This document shows positions 17,038 to 26,233 of a stretch of 64,000 bases of DNA, in pieces. Under the pieces are notes generated by a model that did no database searches, was not told the DNA's origin, and worked only from the letters and a program-made list of their open reading frames with translations. A program made the translations under genes and the position numbers. Origin of the DNA: a virus; IMG/VR virus record IMGVR_UViG_3300036760_000681, positions 3,062 to 67,061 of that record. The stretch is one strand, 5' to 3'. Each line of letters opens with the position of its first letter. Within the stretch, counting starts at the first letter, position 1.

Positions 17038-17541
17038 TCACAGGCCCAACGCCTTCATCGCCTCGGGCAGCGCCGCCACCGTCTGCGCCTTGCAGGCGTC
17101 GAGGTCAATCCCACCGCAGGCGTAGGCCAGCAGCCGACGAGATTGCCATGTTTTTTCAGCGGCCCTCGCATCGGCCCCAGCGCACCCCGCAGCCCACGCA
17201 GCGGCACTCGCAGTGGTCTCCGCAGCGGCCCACCCCGCAGCGGTCTCCGCAGCGGCCCACCACGCGGCCCTCGCAGCGGCCTCCGCAGCCCACACAGCGG
17301 CCCAGACGTTCGGGTTGACCAACTCGAAGGCGCGGGCGCGGGCGATGATGATGGCGGCGGATACCCGCTTGTCGTGCGCGTGATGCTTGACGTGCGCCGC
17401 ACAGTCGGCGGCGAACAGCCGCAGCGTCTGCTCGTTCAGGCCCGTCAGCCGTGGACCGATGCAGCCCGACCGCGCCACCACCTTCTTGTTGTCGGCCACC
17501 ACGATCTCTGGGTAGCCTTTGAGGTTCGGGGGGCGCGTCAC
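17038..17541 (-). CDS. Imm5-like protein with Ala/Trp repeats
   Basis: LRLFAADCAAHV...DKRVSAAI, a WAAA repeat tract, then AEKTWQ. Confidence 0.65.
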   Translation of the reverse strand: MTRPPNLKGYPEIVVADNKKVVARSGCIGPRLTGLNEQTLRLFAADCAAHVKHHAHDKRVSAAIIIARARAFELVNPNVWAAVWAAEAAARAAWWAAAETAAGWAAAETTASAAAWAAGCAGADARAAEKTWQSRRLLAYACGGIDLDACKAQTVAALPEAMKALGL

Positions 17542-18332
17542 CGGCTCACCAGGGCGCGACGCAGGGCCTCTGCGGTCTCGGGGCTCGGGTCGCCCCCGGC
17601 CGTCAACCTGAGTACGCTGTCGCCCTCTGGGGCGTCCCACGGCTCGGCGTAGTGCCGGTCCCGGCCGAAGAAGGTCGCGGCCATCTTGACGTACTCGGTC
17701 CCCTCCTTGTCGGTCGCCCGCATGAAGGCGGCGTAGCGCACGGTGCCGGCGGACATGATCGAAGCTTCATCAGCGCCGTACTGTGCCAGCCGGGCCCGCC
17801 ACTGCTTCAGGGCCGCGCCGCGGGAGTTGCCGCCGACGCGCTTGGGGTAGGCGGCCATCGCGGCAGCGAAGTCATCCGGTTCCTCGTCAGAGCGCGGAGC
17901 GCGAGAAGTAGTTGTAGTTACAGAAGTTGCAGAAGCAGAAGCAACTGCAATGCTAGGGCTACCCTTCGGCGTACCCTCAATTTCTACTACCGGCTCCGAC
18001 AAGGCTACCATTCGGCCACCCTTGGCACCGTGAAGGGACTGTTTGAGGCGGTACTGCTCCTGCTTGACCCGCTCGCGCTCCAGCCTCGGGTTGATCCGCC
18101 GTCCGTCGCTGGCCGGGAAGTGTGGCTCGATCTGGGGCCAGAGCCGGGCAAAGGCGGCCCGTGAGACGTTGAGGAGGCGCTGGAGGGTCACGACGTCGTC
18201 CGGGAGTGGCCCGTCGGCCCACTGGTGGCAGAGGAGCCGCAGGTAGCCGCCCTGGGCCTCGAGTGTGAGGTGCGCCGTCCCCATCGCCCAGTCGCGGGCG
18301 TAGAGCTGGAAAGCCGGAGGCTTGTTGGCCAC
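17538..18332 (-). CDS. DUF1376/YdaU-type replication initiator
   Basis: KPPAFQLYARDW...LTLEAQGGYLRLLCHQW; C-terminal YPKR...YVKMAATFF. Confidence 0.85.
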   Translation of the reverse strand: MANKPPAFQLYARDWAMGTAHLTLEAQGGYLRLLCHQWADGPLPDDVVTLQRLLNVSRAAFARLWPQIEPHFPASDGRRINPRLERERVKQEQYRLKQSLHGAKGGRMVALSEPVVEIEGTPKGSPSIAVASASATSVTTTTSRAPRSDEEPDDFAAAMAAYPKRVGGNSRGAALKQWRARLAQYGADEASIMSAGTVRYAAFMRATDKEGTEYVKMAATFFGRDRHYAEPWDAPEGDSVLRLTAGGDPSPETAEALRRALVSR

Positions 18333-18359
18333 ATCATGCAGCCTTTCCGGCAGGCACAA

Positions 18360-18515
18360 AGAGGAAGCGCCTGCTGATGGTTCGGGAGGCTTGATCCCCG
18401 CCGCTCGCCGTAAAGCGGAGACGGGGCATCCCGAGATCAGACAGGCGCTCGAACTGCGTCACCGAAGCAAGCACTCCGGCACTCCTCAATTTACGGGTAC
18501 AAGGTCTGGCGTCAA
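18360..18515 (-). promoter_or_regulatory. Promoter and long hairpin leader of the initiator gene
   Basis: TTGACG-N16-TAAATT (18515-18488); AGCGCCTG...CAGGCGCT closes a ~85-nt hairpin followed by a U-rich tail. Confidence 0.6.
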
Positions 18516-18614
18516 GAGTCTGCATCGGTGCCCCTCGCCGCGCGGATGAAATCGTCCGGCGCCGCATAAGACGCCAACCGTGATGCGATGCGGGCCTTCA
18601 GGTCGGCAAGAGAG

Positions 18615-19127
18615 TCAGTCATCCTTCAATCCTTGCTGTAGGCCGTTTAACGAAATGAGCGCGTAGTCGTAATTAGCGGCGATGGGGTCACCCCACGCGT
18701 CCTTGCCCACGAGACAGTCAGCGCAGAGGTACGCGGCCCGGTCGGCCCGCGCCTTGCCGCAGTAGACGCACCAGCCCGGCCCATTGACCCATACCCCATC
18801 CACCCACCGACCGCCCTTGTTGTCCGCGCCGTAATCGCAATAACGAACGAGGATATCCGACCAGTCGTCCTCGGAGCGGACCTGCGCGAGTGCCTCGGTC
18901 GCAACCATGGCCAAGTCGCGCATCTGCACGTCCAGTACGCAGCTGGTGACACGCAGCGACGACTCGCTCTTGCGGCAACTGACGGAAATCTCGAACCCCC
19001 GAACCTGCGTGTGACCACAAAGGCACCCATCGGAACCCATCAGGTCGCGCAGGCCGCCCGCCGTGATGAACCTCACGACCGCCTCGGCGTCCGATTCGTA
19101 ACCGGGCCGCTCCCCTTGGTCGCTCAT
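18615..19127 (-). CDS. Hypothetical protein with C-terminal CxxC pair
   Basis: ORF track; coupled start. Confidence 0.6.
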   Translation of the reverse strand: MSDQGERPGYESDAEAVVRFITAGGLRDLMGSDGCLCGHTQVRGFEISVSCRKSESSLRVTSCVLDVQMRDLAMVATEALAQVRSEDDWSDILVRYCDYGADNKGGRWVDGVWVNGPGWCVYCGKARADRAAYLCADCLVGKDAWGDPIAANYDYALISLNGLQQGLKDD

Positions 19128-19607
19128 GGCGTAGATGCCTCCTGAATACGCGCCGCGTGGCGACGTCGGGCATCCACGGCCTTAACGGCTTCCTCGAAGG
19201 GGTCGCTCATTCGGCCTCCCTGGTCGGGGACGCGAGCGCCGACAAGATGTCCGTCGCGATGCTCAGGAAGTCGTCGTCCTCCCACCACGATTCTCCGCGC
19301 GGGCCGTTTGGACCTTCGATTCCATGCAGGGAGGCCGCTCGCTCGTTGATGGCTTCCCACGCTTGCTGAGCACCACTGCAAGTGCTTCGGCCAGCCGTTC
19401 GCGGGAGAGCGCTGGAGCGCGCAACACATTTCCGCGTAGCCCAACACCGCCGCGAGATGGTCGCGTCCCGCATGAATAGCACGACGCGGGAGTCCCGACG
19501 CGCGCCGCTCGGCTCGCTCGACTTCATCGCCGCGAATCGAGCAGAGCACATGCGGCCCGACGCCACACACCGGACAGCCAACGCGCAGGGCGAGGTCGTT
19601 GTCTCGG

Positions 19608-19994
19608 TCAGCGGTCATCGGACAGCGCCTCCAGGATAGCGTCAACCAGCGACTTCGTGAGTGCGGGGATGTGAACGCCGAGCGCGGGAACGTTCGCCTG
19701 CATCCACAGAAATGTGACGTGTTCCACCGCCTCTCGCGACAGCGGGGCCACGGACTGGAATCGTGGCGACCAATACGGCGCATCGTCCCATTCGAAGGCG
19801 CTTCCGTCCGCGAACGAGGACGAGGACACCAGCAATTCGACAGTTGGGCCGCGACGCCGCGCGTCGTGAATCGTCAGGTCTGTCACGGCATCAAGTGGCA
19901 CCACCGCACGCCATCCCTTCGCCGCCATGTCTGCGACCAACTCCTGCGCGACCGCCAGAATCCGGAGCGGGGCTCGCTCGCCGGAAGCGGTCAT
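19608..19994 (-). CDS. Hypothetical protein (starts MTASG)
   Basis: AGGAG RBS; start lies within a partial repeat unit. Confidence 0.55.
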   Translation of the reverse strand: MTASGERAPLRILAVAQELVADMAAKGWRAVVPLDAVTDLTIHDARRRGPTVELLVSSSSFADGSAFEWDDAPYWSPRFQSVAPLSREAVEHVTFLWMQANVPALGVHIPALTKSLVDAILEALSDDR

Positions 19995-20116
19995 CGGGGT
20001 GTCTCCTTGGTGGCGATGTGGCCGCACAACGAGCAACCCTGCCCGAGATACTGGCCGTGCCAATCGTACAGCGGGCCGACGACACCGATGGCCCCGCACT
20101 TCTCGCAGGCGCTCAT
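19991..20116 (-). CDS. Small zinc-ribbon protein (41 aa)
   Basis: Manual translation MSACEKCGAIGVVGPLYDWHGQYLGQGCSLCGHIATKETPR. Confidence 0.55.
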   Translation of the reverse strand: MSACEKCGAIGVVGPLYDWHGQYLGQGCSLCGHIATKETPR

Positions 20117-20140
20117 GCTAGCCCTCCTCCAGGGAAGCGG

Positions 20141-20302
20141 TCATCGGGCCTTCCCGCGCATAGCAAGCAGCGCTGCGACGAGGGCCACACAGGCCATGAC
20201 GCCGGCCAGTACGCGCTCGCTGGTGCTGAGACCGAACGACCCCGCCGCAACCAAGGCGAGCACCACGGCACAGCACAACGGAATCATCGGATTGTCGCTC
20301 AT
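20141..20302 (-). CDS. Small two-TM membrane protein
   Basis: MSDNPMIPLCCAVVLALV...VLAGVMACVALVAALL. Confidence 0.6.
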   Translation of the reverse strand: MSDNPMIPLCCAVVLALVAAGSFGLSTSERVLAGVMACVALVAALLAMRGKAR

Positions 20303-20865
20303 GTTCCTGCCTCCGGCCGCTCGGGGGCGCTCGGGGGCTCTGCCGGAGACGCGCCACGCACACGGCCAGTTGCGCCACATCGCTCACATTGCTCCTGCCT
20401 TGAGTAGCCGTCATCGCTGGTCTGCAACCTGTACCAGCCAAAGCCGCCGCAGTAACTGCAAACCGCATACTCGGTTGTCCTCTCGGCTTGCGGCACCGAC
20501 CGCTCCTCGCCGCACGACTCGCAGACCTCGGGCGTGCCTGCCACCACGGGCGGCAACCAGTGATGCGTGTGCGGCACCGACCGCAGGGCGTCCGCCAGAA
20601 ACTCTTGAAGCATGTCGTGATACCGAAAGGCCCACATAGAGAGCCGAACGTCATCCCTGTCGTCGGGCAACTCATCTAACATGTCTCGCAAAGTCTTTGG
20701 CTTTGTCATCGCTCTACATCCCAGACCGCTGATAGGGAATGGTTCCGCGATAGAAACCGTGTTCCTCGCTGCTCGCTCCCACCCCCGACCGTAGCGACAA
20801 ATACAGCGGCAATGATGTATGCCGGCGACGACACCGATGGCCCCGCACTTCTCGCAGGCGCTCAT
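20299..20865 (-). CDS. Zinc-finger protein(s), probably two genes (second start 20709)
   Basis: MSACEKC... and MTKPKTL...CSYCGGFG...CERCGATG. Confidence 0.55.
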   Translation of the reverse strand: MSACEKCGAIGVVAGIHHCRCICRYGRGWERAARNTVSIAEPFPISGLGCRAMTKPKTLRDMLDELPDDRDDVRLSMWAFRYHDMLQEFLADALRSVPHTHHWLPPVVAGTPEVCESCGEERSVPQAERTTEYAVCSYCGGFGWYRLQTSDDGYSRQEQCERCGATGRVRGASPAEPPSAPERPEAGT

Positions 20866-20889
20866 GCTAGCCCTCCTCCAGGGAAGCGG

Positions 20890-21264
20890 TCATCGGGCGT
20901 TCCCCGCCGCCGTGCGCGCATCTCGAAACGCCTGCATCAAACCCACGGGCTCGGGCTTCGGCTCATCGTCGTCTACTAGCGAGTCGAGGCCGACGCTCAA
21001 CCCCGCTTGCGCCGCGACGATCATCGCGTTGAACTTCCCGAGCATCCGCGCCTCGTAGATGATGCGCTCGTACTCGGGTGAGCCTTCGCCGTAGTGTGTT
21101 GCCAACGCGGCAATGGCGCCTTTGAACTGCGGCTCGAAGTCCAGCACCGTCCAGTGATTCGCTGCCGCTTTCATTGCGGCTGCCACGTTCTCGGGCAGCG
21201 TTGCATCGGCCTTCAACGCCGCACGGGCTTCGTGAATCACCAAGGCTATCAGTGTGTCGCTCAT
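20890..21264 (-). CDS. Hypothetical protein
   Basis: GGAGGAGG RBS supplied by the repeat. Confidence 0.7.
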   Translation of the reverse strand: MSDTLIALVIHEARAALKADATLPENVAAAMKAAANHWTVLDFEPQFKGAIAALATHYGEGSPEYERIIYEARMLGKFNAMIVAAQAGLSVGLDSLVDDDEPKPEPVGLMQAFRDARTAAGNAR

Positions 21265-21419
21265 GCTAGCCCTCCTCCGGGGAAGCGGTCATCGGCTACC
21301 ACCACTTCCGAATGAAGTGAATCGCCACCCACGCCGCCGCGACAATCACCGCGAGGTAGACGACGACGACCGCGACGCTCACGCCTATGGCAGTCTTTTT
21401 GGGCATGGTCATTTTCATT

Positions 21420-21752
21420 TCAGTCCTCGTTTGGCGGGGGCGCAGAGCCCTCCGCGTTCGGGATCAACTTGTGGCGCGTCGCAAACTTCGCGGCGCATGA
21501 ATCGCACAGAAACAACTCTCGCTCGCCCACCCGACCCGCTCGGCCGGTGATGTACCGATAGGTGGCCCGGTGGGTGACGGTGCCGCCGACGCGCGACGTG
21601 CCGAAGCTCTGCGTCTCGACAACGTGCATACCTGGGCAACGCAGTCCGTTGGTGCAAGTCATCTCCGCGATTGTGTAGCCGCCCGACATGAAGTGATGGC
21701 TCGCCTTCTCGTCGGGCGCGACGGTTTCGAGGTGATGGCCCCATGCGCTCAT
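21420..21752 (-). CDS. Hypothetical protein
   Basis: GGAG RBS; YRYITGRAGRV...LCDSCA. Confidence 0.6.
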   Translation of the reverse strand: MSAWGHHLETVAPDEKASHHFMSGGYTIAEMTCTNGLRCPGMHVVETQSFGTSRVGGTVTHRATYRYITGRAGRVGERELFLCDSCAAKFATRHKLIPNAEGSAPPPNED

Positions 21753-22138
21753 GTCGTCTCCGCGTTCGGGGTGGACTGCGGGGTCTCCTTGGGGGACAGC
21801 GACGACGGGCCATATCGCCACTCGAAGTTTTCTTCGAGCCCGAAGCCGAGCAGCACGGGGCCGACGTGCAGGTAGACCGACAGCTCGGGCGGAAACCAGT
21901 ATCCAAGGCTCACCTCGACGCCAAGACCCCATCGCTTCCAGACAACTTCCCCGACCCACAGCCAGTGCCACCGCTTGCCGTAGCGTTCGGGCGGCAACGG
22001 CGTGTGATCGCCAGCCTCGTAGGCCGACCAGAAATCGGTGGACGTGGACGGCGACTCGTCGCGCGGCGTCCCTGGTTCCTGCCGTCCGTCCGTCGTGGGG
22101 GCGCTCATCGGGTCGTGGCTCCTTGAGGGGTTGGTCAT
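21749..22138 (-). CDS. Hypothetical protein
   Basis: ATGA coupling; Trp-rich. Confidence 0.5.
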   Translation of the reverse strand: MTNPSRSHDPMSAPTTDGRQEPGTPRDESPSTSTDFWSAYEAGDHTPLPPERYGKRWHWLWVGEVVWKRWGLGVEVSLGYWFPPELSVYLHVGPVLLGFGLEENFEWRYGPSSLSPKETPQSTPNAETT

Positions 22139-22473
22139 GCCACCGCCATCGCGTACCGACACCCGCACCGACACGCCTCCGTGGCGCGACCCAGGCCGTC
22201 CGAATCGAACCGCTTGAACTCCCGACACGTCGGACACCGCAACGTCCGATCCACGATGCCCGCGTTCGTCACGTTCGATGCTCGCAATCGCGCTGCCCCC
22301 ACCGGGCGGCCCTTGAGCTTGCCCGCCGCCTTCATCGCCCGAATCGTGGCCTTCATCCGGCACGACTGATTGCAATAGGGTGCGCCCGAGGCCCGCACGT
22401 CCTGCATCGTCCTGGTGGGCGCATCGCACCAGCCGCATGGCCCGACGACCTCCCGCATCACGGCAACGCTCAT
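22135..22473 (-). CDS. Zinc-finger protein
   Basis: CGWC...CNQSC...CPTC...CRCG. Confidence 0.55.
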   Translation of the reverse strand: MSVAVMREVVGPCGWCDAPTRTMQDVRASGAPYCNQSCRMKATIRAMKAAGKLKGRPVGAARLRASNVTNAGIVDRTLRCPTCREFKRFDSDGLGRATEACRCGCRYAMAVA

Positions 22474-22865
22474 GCCGCACCCGGCAGCGACAACTGCGGG
22501 CGGTATTGCCAATGATGCGTGAACGTCCGCAGACGTTCCTTCGTCCACATCGGGAAGGCGCTGTCCGCTGAGTCGGCACCGATTTCCATCGCGTGCTCCA
22601 GCTTCGCAAGCGTACCAGCTCGCCCGTAGTGAAACCGCAGACCGTTCGCGTGGGCGAGGTCGCACCACTCTTTCGCTTGCGCCTTGAACCCGTTGTCGCC
22701 GCCGAGGAAGATGCCCGCAAATCCATCAAGCACGGGTCGCACATCGGCCAGCGTCATGCCGTTTTGCACGGCCGCCCGGGCCGCCTGCCTGCGCACCAGC
22801 GCCCGGATACCGAGGCAGCACAGCGCCATGCCGACTAGGGCGTTGACGACGACGAGGCCCATCAT
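22470..22865 (-). CDS. TM helix fused to the C-terminal half of a TGT/DpdA-like barrel (possibly truncated)
   Basis: AVQNGM...IFLGG...FHYGRAGT...GADSADS pattern. Confidence 0.45.
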   Translation of the reverse strand: MMGLVVVNALVGMALCCLGIRALVRRQAARAAVQNGMTLADVRPVLDGFAGIFLGGDNGFKAQAKEWCDLAHANGLRFHYGRAGTLAKLEHAMEIGADSADSAFPMWTKERLRTFTHHWQYRPQLSLPGAA

Positions 22866-23374
22866 CCGTTCGCCAAGGCGGCGCGCAGGCGCTCGCCGTC
22901 CTCCTGGGTGAGCGTGACGGGCTCATGGCCGGCCACCTCGAAGGTGACCGACTCGACGCCGCTCCCCGGCTCCGGGGCGAGGTTGGCCGCCAACTCAGTG
23001 AGGCTCGGCAGCGCCGGCTGGTCGTCCAGCATCGGGGCGATGCGCGTCTGCACGTCCTCCGCCGTATCCTCGCACTCGATGGTCCAGTCCTCGCGGCCGA
23101 TCGCGGTGGCGGCGTTCGCCGCGGCCTTGAGCGCCGCGATGTAGAGCCCGACCGCCGTCCGAGCCAGGTCGCGCTGCTTGCCGCTGAACTCGCTGACGCC
23201 GGTGAAGTCGTCGATCTTCCGGGGCAGCACTTCGTCCAGCTCGCCGATGTCGGCCTGGACGACCTTCGCCGCCTTCGTCTGGTGGACCTTCTCGAGCGCC
23301 TCGGCCTTGCTCGTCAGGTTCCGGGACAGTATCCGCAGCGCCGTCTTGACGTGTTCGCGATCGGACAGATTCAC
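22862..23374 (-). CDS. Hypothetical protein
   Basis: GTGA overlap with YqaJ; helical protein. Confidence 0.65.
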   Translation of the reverse strand: MNLSDREHVKTALRILSRNLTSKAEALEKVHQTKAAKVVQADIGELDEVLPRKIDDFTGVSEFSGKQRDLARTAVGLYIAALKAAANAATAIGREDWTIECEDTAEDVQTRIAPMLDDQPALPSLTELAANLAPEPGSGVESVTFEVAGHEPVTLTQEDGERLRAALANG

Positions 23375-24066
23375 GGGACGATTCCTTGGTCGGGGAGGAG
23401 GCCGGTGAGGTCGATCTTCGGTGTGCCACTCTCGGCGGTGAGCAAGGGGATGATGGGGACGTATCCGGTCTTCAGGATGATCTCCTTGGCCTCGGCGAGC
23501 CGGTCGGTGAACTCCGAGAGCGCCGAGCGCAGGGCGGCGATGAACGGCTCGTCCCGGCCGAACCGCCGCTCGACCTTCGGCAGCACCGGGTTGAAGTACA
23601 GCCGGTCCCACCACTCGCGATCCGAGACGAGCAGGCAGCCCTGGATCTGTGCGCGGAAGTCTTCGTTGAGCGGGTCGAGAAGTTGCGCGACGTGGTTCTT
23701 CGCGTTCAGACATTTCACTTCGACCCCTCCGTCGTCGCCCACCAAGCCGTCCGGCGAGCAGCCGATCAGCCCGTCGTCGGTCGTCAAGAAACCCACCCGA
23801 TCCACGTCCACGTCATGGGTCATTTCATACCAAGAAATGGCATCGGGCTCAAGTTCTTTTCCGCGCTCCATGAACGTGCTCGACACGTCGTCTACGGGGC
23901 GCCCGAGCATCCATTCCGCGATCAGTTCCGCGAGGTAGTCGTCGGCCTGCGAGCTGAGTTTCATCGTCTTCTGGGTGACGATCTTCGAGAACCGCGAGGC
24001 CGTCGCGACGCCAAGCCGGGAAATGATCCACAGGGGGTCGCCCTGAACACAGTCGATCCGCTTCAT
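23371..24066 (-). CDS. YqaJ / lambda-exonuclease family recombination nuclease
   Basis: QGDPLW...TASRF...MERGKELEP...GCSPDGLV...EVKC...QIQG. Confidence 0.9.
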   Translation of the reverse strand: MKRIDCVQGDPLWIISRLGVATASRFSKIVTQKTMKLSSQADDYLAELIAEWMLGRPVDDVSSTFMERGKELEPDAISWYEMTHDVDVDRVGFLTTDDGLIGCSPDGLVGDDGGVEVKCLNAKNHVAQLLDPLNEDFRAQIQGCLLVSDREWWDRLYFNPVLPKVERRFGRDEPFIAALRSALSEFTDRLAEAKEIILKTGYVPIIPLLTAESGTPKIDLTGLLPDQGIVP

Positions 24067-24872
24067 GTGCCCTCCGAACGGTCGGCCTTCGCTTCTTTCG
24101 CCTTCCGCACCCGCTCCAGCTCGGCCAGCACGCCGTCGTAGCGCGCGGCCGGCAGGTCGGTCAGCTTCTCGACGCCGAGCCATTTCATGAACCGCGCCTT
24201 GTTCGTGCCGTTGCTCTCCATCACCTCGGCGATGGTGTCAGCCTGGTCCTGGGTGACGCGGGGGCTGTGGTCGATCGCCACGCCGTCGGTGTCCGGCTCT
24301 CCGGTCGTGATTCCGAGGCTCTGGCACAGCGTCTTGCGCTGGCCGAACGTCATCGCGGCGCCCACTTTCTGGGCCGGGGACATGGCGCTCGGGTTGTCCA
24401 CCGGCAGCACCGTGGACGACGGCACCGTGTGGCCGCTCCGGTGCCGGACGTGGCAGATCACGGTGAGATAGTTGCCCTCGATCTTCGTGTCCCACGAGTA
24501 CGACAGTCCGTGCTTGTGCAGGTAGGGCGCGACGTGCTTCGCGACCACGTCCAACTCAGCGTACTTGTAACTCATCTCGGCGCCGGACTTCGTCGCGAAC
24601 TTCGCCGTCTTGTTCTTCGGGGCGGGCGGACACTCTGCCTGGAACGCCGCCATCGCGTCGAAGAACTCACGGGCCGCATTGCGGTCTTCGACGTGCTCGC
24701 GCAGCGCGATCAACTCCTTCAGCTTGGCGATGTCGAGATCCTTGTCCACGGCCATCTGGAGTAGCACGTCGATGTCGTCGGCGTTGTGCGTCAGGGCGCG
24801 GGGGGTCGGCGCCACCAGCGCCATCGGCGCCTCGACGACGATTTCGTGGGGCTCTTGCTGCGTGTCGGTCAT
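24063..24872 (-). CDS. erf: ERF family single-strand annealing protein
   Basis: YKYAELD...HGLSYSW...HRSGH...QKVGAAMTFGQRKTL..LGI...DTDG. Confidence 0.85.
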   Translation of the reverse strand: MTDTQQEPHEIVVEAPMALVAPTPRALTHNADDIDVLLQMAVDKDLDIAKLKELIALREHVEDRNAAREFFDAMAAFQAECPPAPKNKTAKFATKSGAEMSYKYAELDVVAKHVAPYLHKHGLSYSWDTKIEGNYLTVICHVRHRSGHTVPSSTVLPVDNPSAMSPAQKVGAAMTFGQRKTLCQSLGITTGEPDTDGVAIDHSPRVTQDQADTIAEVMESNGTNKARFMKWLGVEKLTDLPAARYDGVLAELERVRKAKEAKADRSEGT

Positions 24873-25369
24873 GCTGCTGCCCTCCGGACCTTTCTGGCGT
24901 GGTATCCGGCTCGCGATGTGGCATTGTGACAGGTGCGGCAATACCGCTGGCCGCGGCGCAGGTTGGCCGGATCGAGGTTGTCGCCGGACAGCGAGTGGCC
25001 AGCGGGACAGTGCGTCTTCGCGGCACAGGCGGCGGCAACCGAGTTGCCCCGCAGGGTATTTTCGCGGTGCGTGACGGGGCGAACGTGGGCCGTGTTGCAG
25101 CAAGGCCGGTTGTCGCAGAAAAAGTGGTCCATCTCCATGTCGGGCGGGACTGGCCCGACCTCGCGCTCGTACCGCAGGCGATGAACCAGGTGCTTGCGTC
25201 CATTGAACCAGACGATCCCATAGCCGTCCTTGTTGCGCTGTCCCTGCCAGATATGGCACCCGCGCTCGTCTTCGACCCACCCGAGGCGGTCGGAGCGACG
25301 GAGTGACCCTTCTGTTCCGGTCAACCTGACGAGCCCCGTGCCGGGGCCGCCCAACTCTTGATCCTTCAT
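24869..25369 (-). CDS. HNH homing endonuclease
   Basis: GCHIW...GYG...HRLRYE...MDHFFCDNRPCCNTAH...THCPAGH...CRTC. Confidence 0.9.
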   Translation of the reverse strand: MKDQELGGPGTGLVRLTGTEGSLRRSDRLGWVEDERGCHIWQGQRNKDGYGIVWFNGRKHLVHRLRYEREVGPVPPDMEMDHFFCDNRPCCNTAHVRPVTHRENTLRGNSVAAACAAKTHCPAGHSLSGDNLDPANLRRGQRYCRTCHNATSRAGYHARKVRRAAA

Positions 25370-26034
25370 GATTCCAGCGCCTTTCGGAGATAGGGGTCCA
25401 CGTCGGGCTGGCGCAGAAACCAGTCCTTGTAGTCGCGCGGCACGTCGGCCATCGGCAGGCTCTTGTGCTTGCCCACGGGCATGATCGTCGGGACGCGCGC
25501 CACTTCGGACAGCGCCCACAGGTCGGCCCACGACTCGGGCTTGACCGGCAGGGTGTCCAGAATGTGGCCGAGAATGATGCGGCAGACGAACACGTCGTTC
25601 TCGGCGCTGTGGGCGCCCTTGAGCAGCGTCCGGGCGCTCGGGCGCTCCAGCAGGTAGAGGAGCGCGCCCTGCTTGTGCGAGTCCACGGCGGGCCACAGCG
25701 CGCGCGCCAGGGCGAGGGTGCAGATGCGCTTGATGTCCGGCTTGCCGATGGCGCCCCAGTCGAAGTCGATGTTGTGGCCGACGAGGTAGTCGCAGGCCGG
25801 TAGGGATGCCGACGACCACGGCTCGCACTCGGCCAAGTCTTCGTCCATGATGTGGTGCGTCGCCAGCGCGCCGAGGTCGATCGGTTTCGAGGGGCGATAG
25901 CGGTACGAGCGGATGGGGAGCTCGTCCCCAGCCTTGAAGTCGGCCAGTGGTGGCACGTAGCACCACGCCGCCTCGACGATCTCCGGCTCTTTCGTGCCGG
26001 TCGTCTCGCTGTCGAACAGGAGGGCGTCAGGCAT
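25366..26034 (-). CDS. DEDDh 3'-5' exonuclease (ExoX-like)
   Basis: FDSETTG, GHNIDFD, ICTL, AHSAEND, C-terminal MPVGKHK...PRDYKDW. Confidence 0.9.
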   Translation of the reverse strand: MPDALLFDSETTGTKEPEIVEAAWCYVPPLADFKAGDELPIRSYRYRPSKPIDLGALATHHIMDEDLAECEPWSSASLPACDYLVGHNIDFDWGAIGKPDIKRICTLALARALWPAVDSHKQGALLYLLERPSARTLLKGAHSAENDVFVCRIILGHILDTLPVKPESWADLWALSEVARVPTIMPVGKHKSLPMADVPRDYKDWFLRQPDVDPYLRKALES

Positions 26035-26233
26035 ACTTCACCAGCCGGTCGTCCGGCGGCCCGTTCTCGCCTTCGCAGGCGCGGCAGTCGTCGCCCTCGC
26101 GGTGGCTGGGTTTCTGCTGGCGACCGCAGGATGGGCAATGAAAGCCCCCGGATTCCGCGTCGTGCTCGGCGCTGATCGAACAGTTGCCGATGGGGTTGCA
26201 CCGGGCGCCACATTCCGCGCAATGTTTATTCAT
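26027..26233 (-). CDS. Small Cys-rich protein
   Basis: MNKHCAECGARC...CPSCG...CRAC. Confidence 0.55.
   Translation of the reverse strand: MNKHCAECGARCNPIGNCSISAEHDAESGGFHCPSCGRQQKPSHREGDDCRACEGENGPPDDRLVKYA

Larger units (their letters stand above)
20077..21295. repeat. Direct repeats flanking small genes (73 bp x2, 38 bp x1)
   Basis: 20077-20149 is identical to 20826-20898; 21258-21295 matches with one mismatch. Confidence 0.95.

Noticed and set aside
17170-17302. GCAGCGG tandem repeats as a separate element
   Set aside because: They encode the WAAA tract of 17038-17541.
20077-21295. Direct repeats as a CRISPR array or DGR template/variable repeat
   Set aside because: The spacers are whole genes of hundreds of bp, there is no adenine-specific divergence, and no cas or reverse transcriptase gene is present.
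24063-26222. 719-aa ORF as one protein
   Set aside because: Only the part from 24872 is ERF; the upstream part is off-frame read-through over the HNH and ExoX genes.
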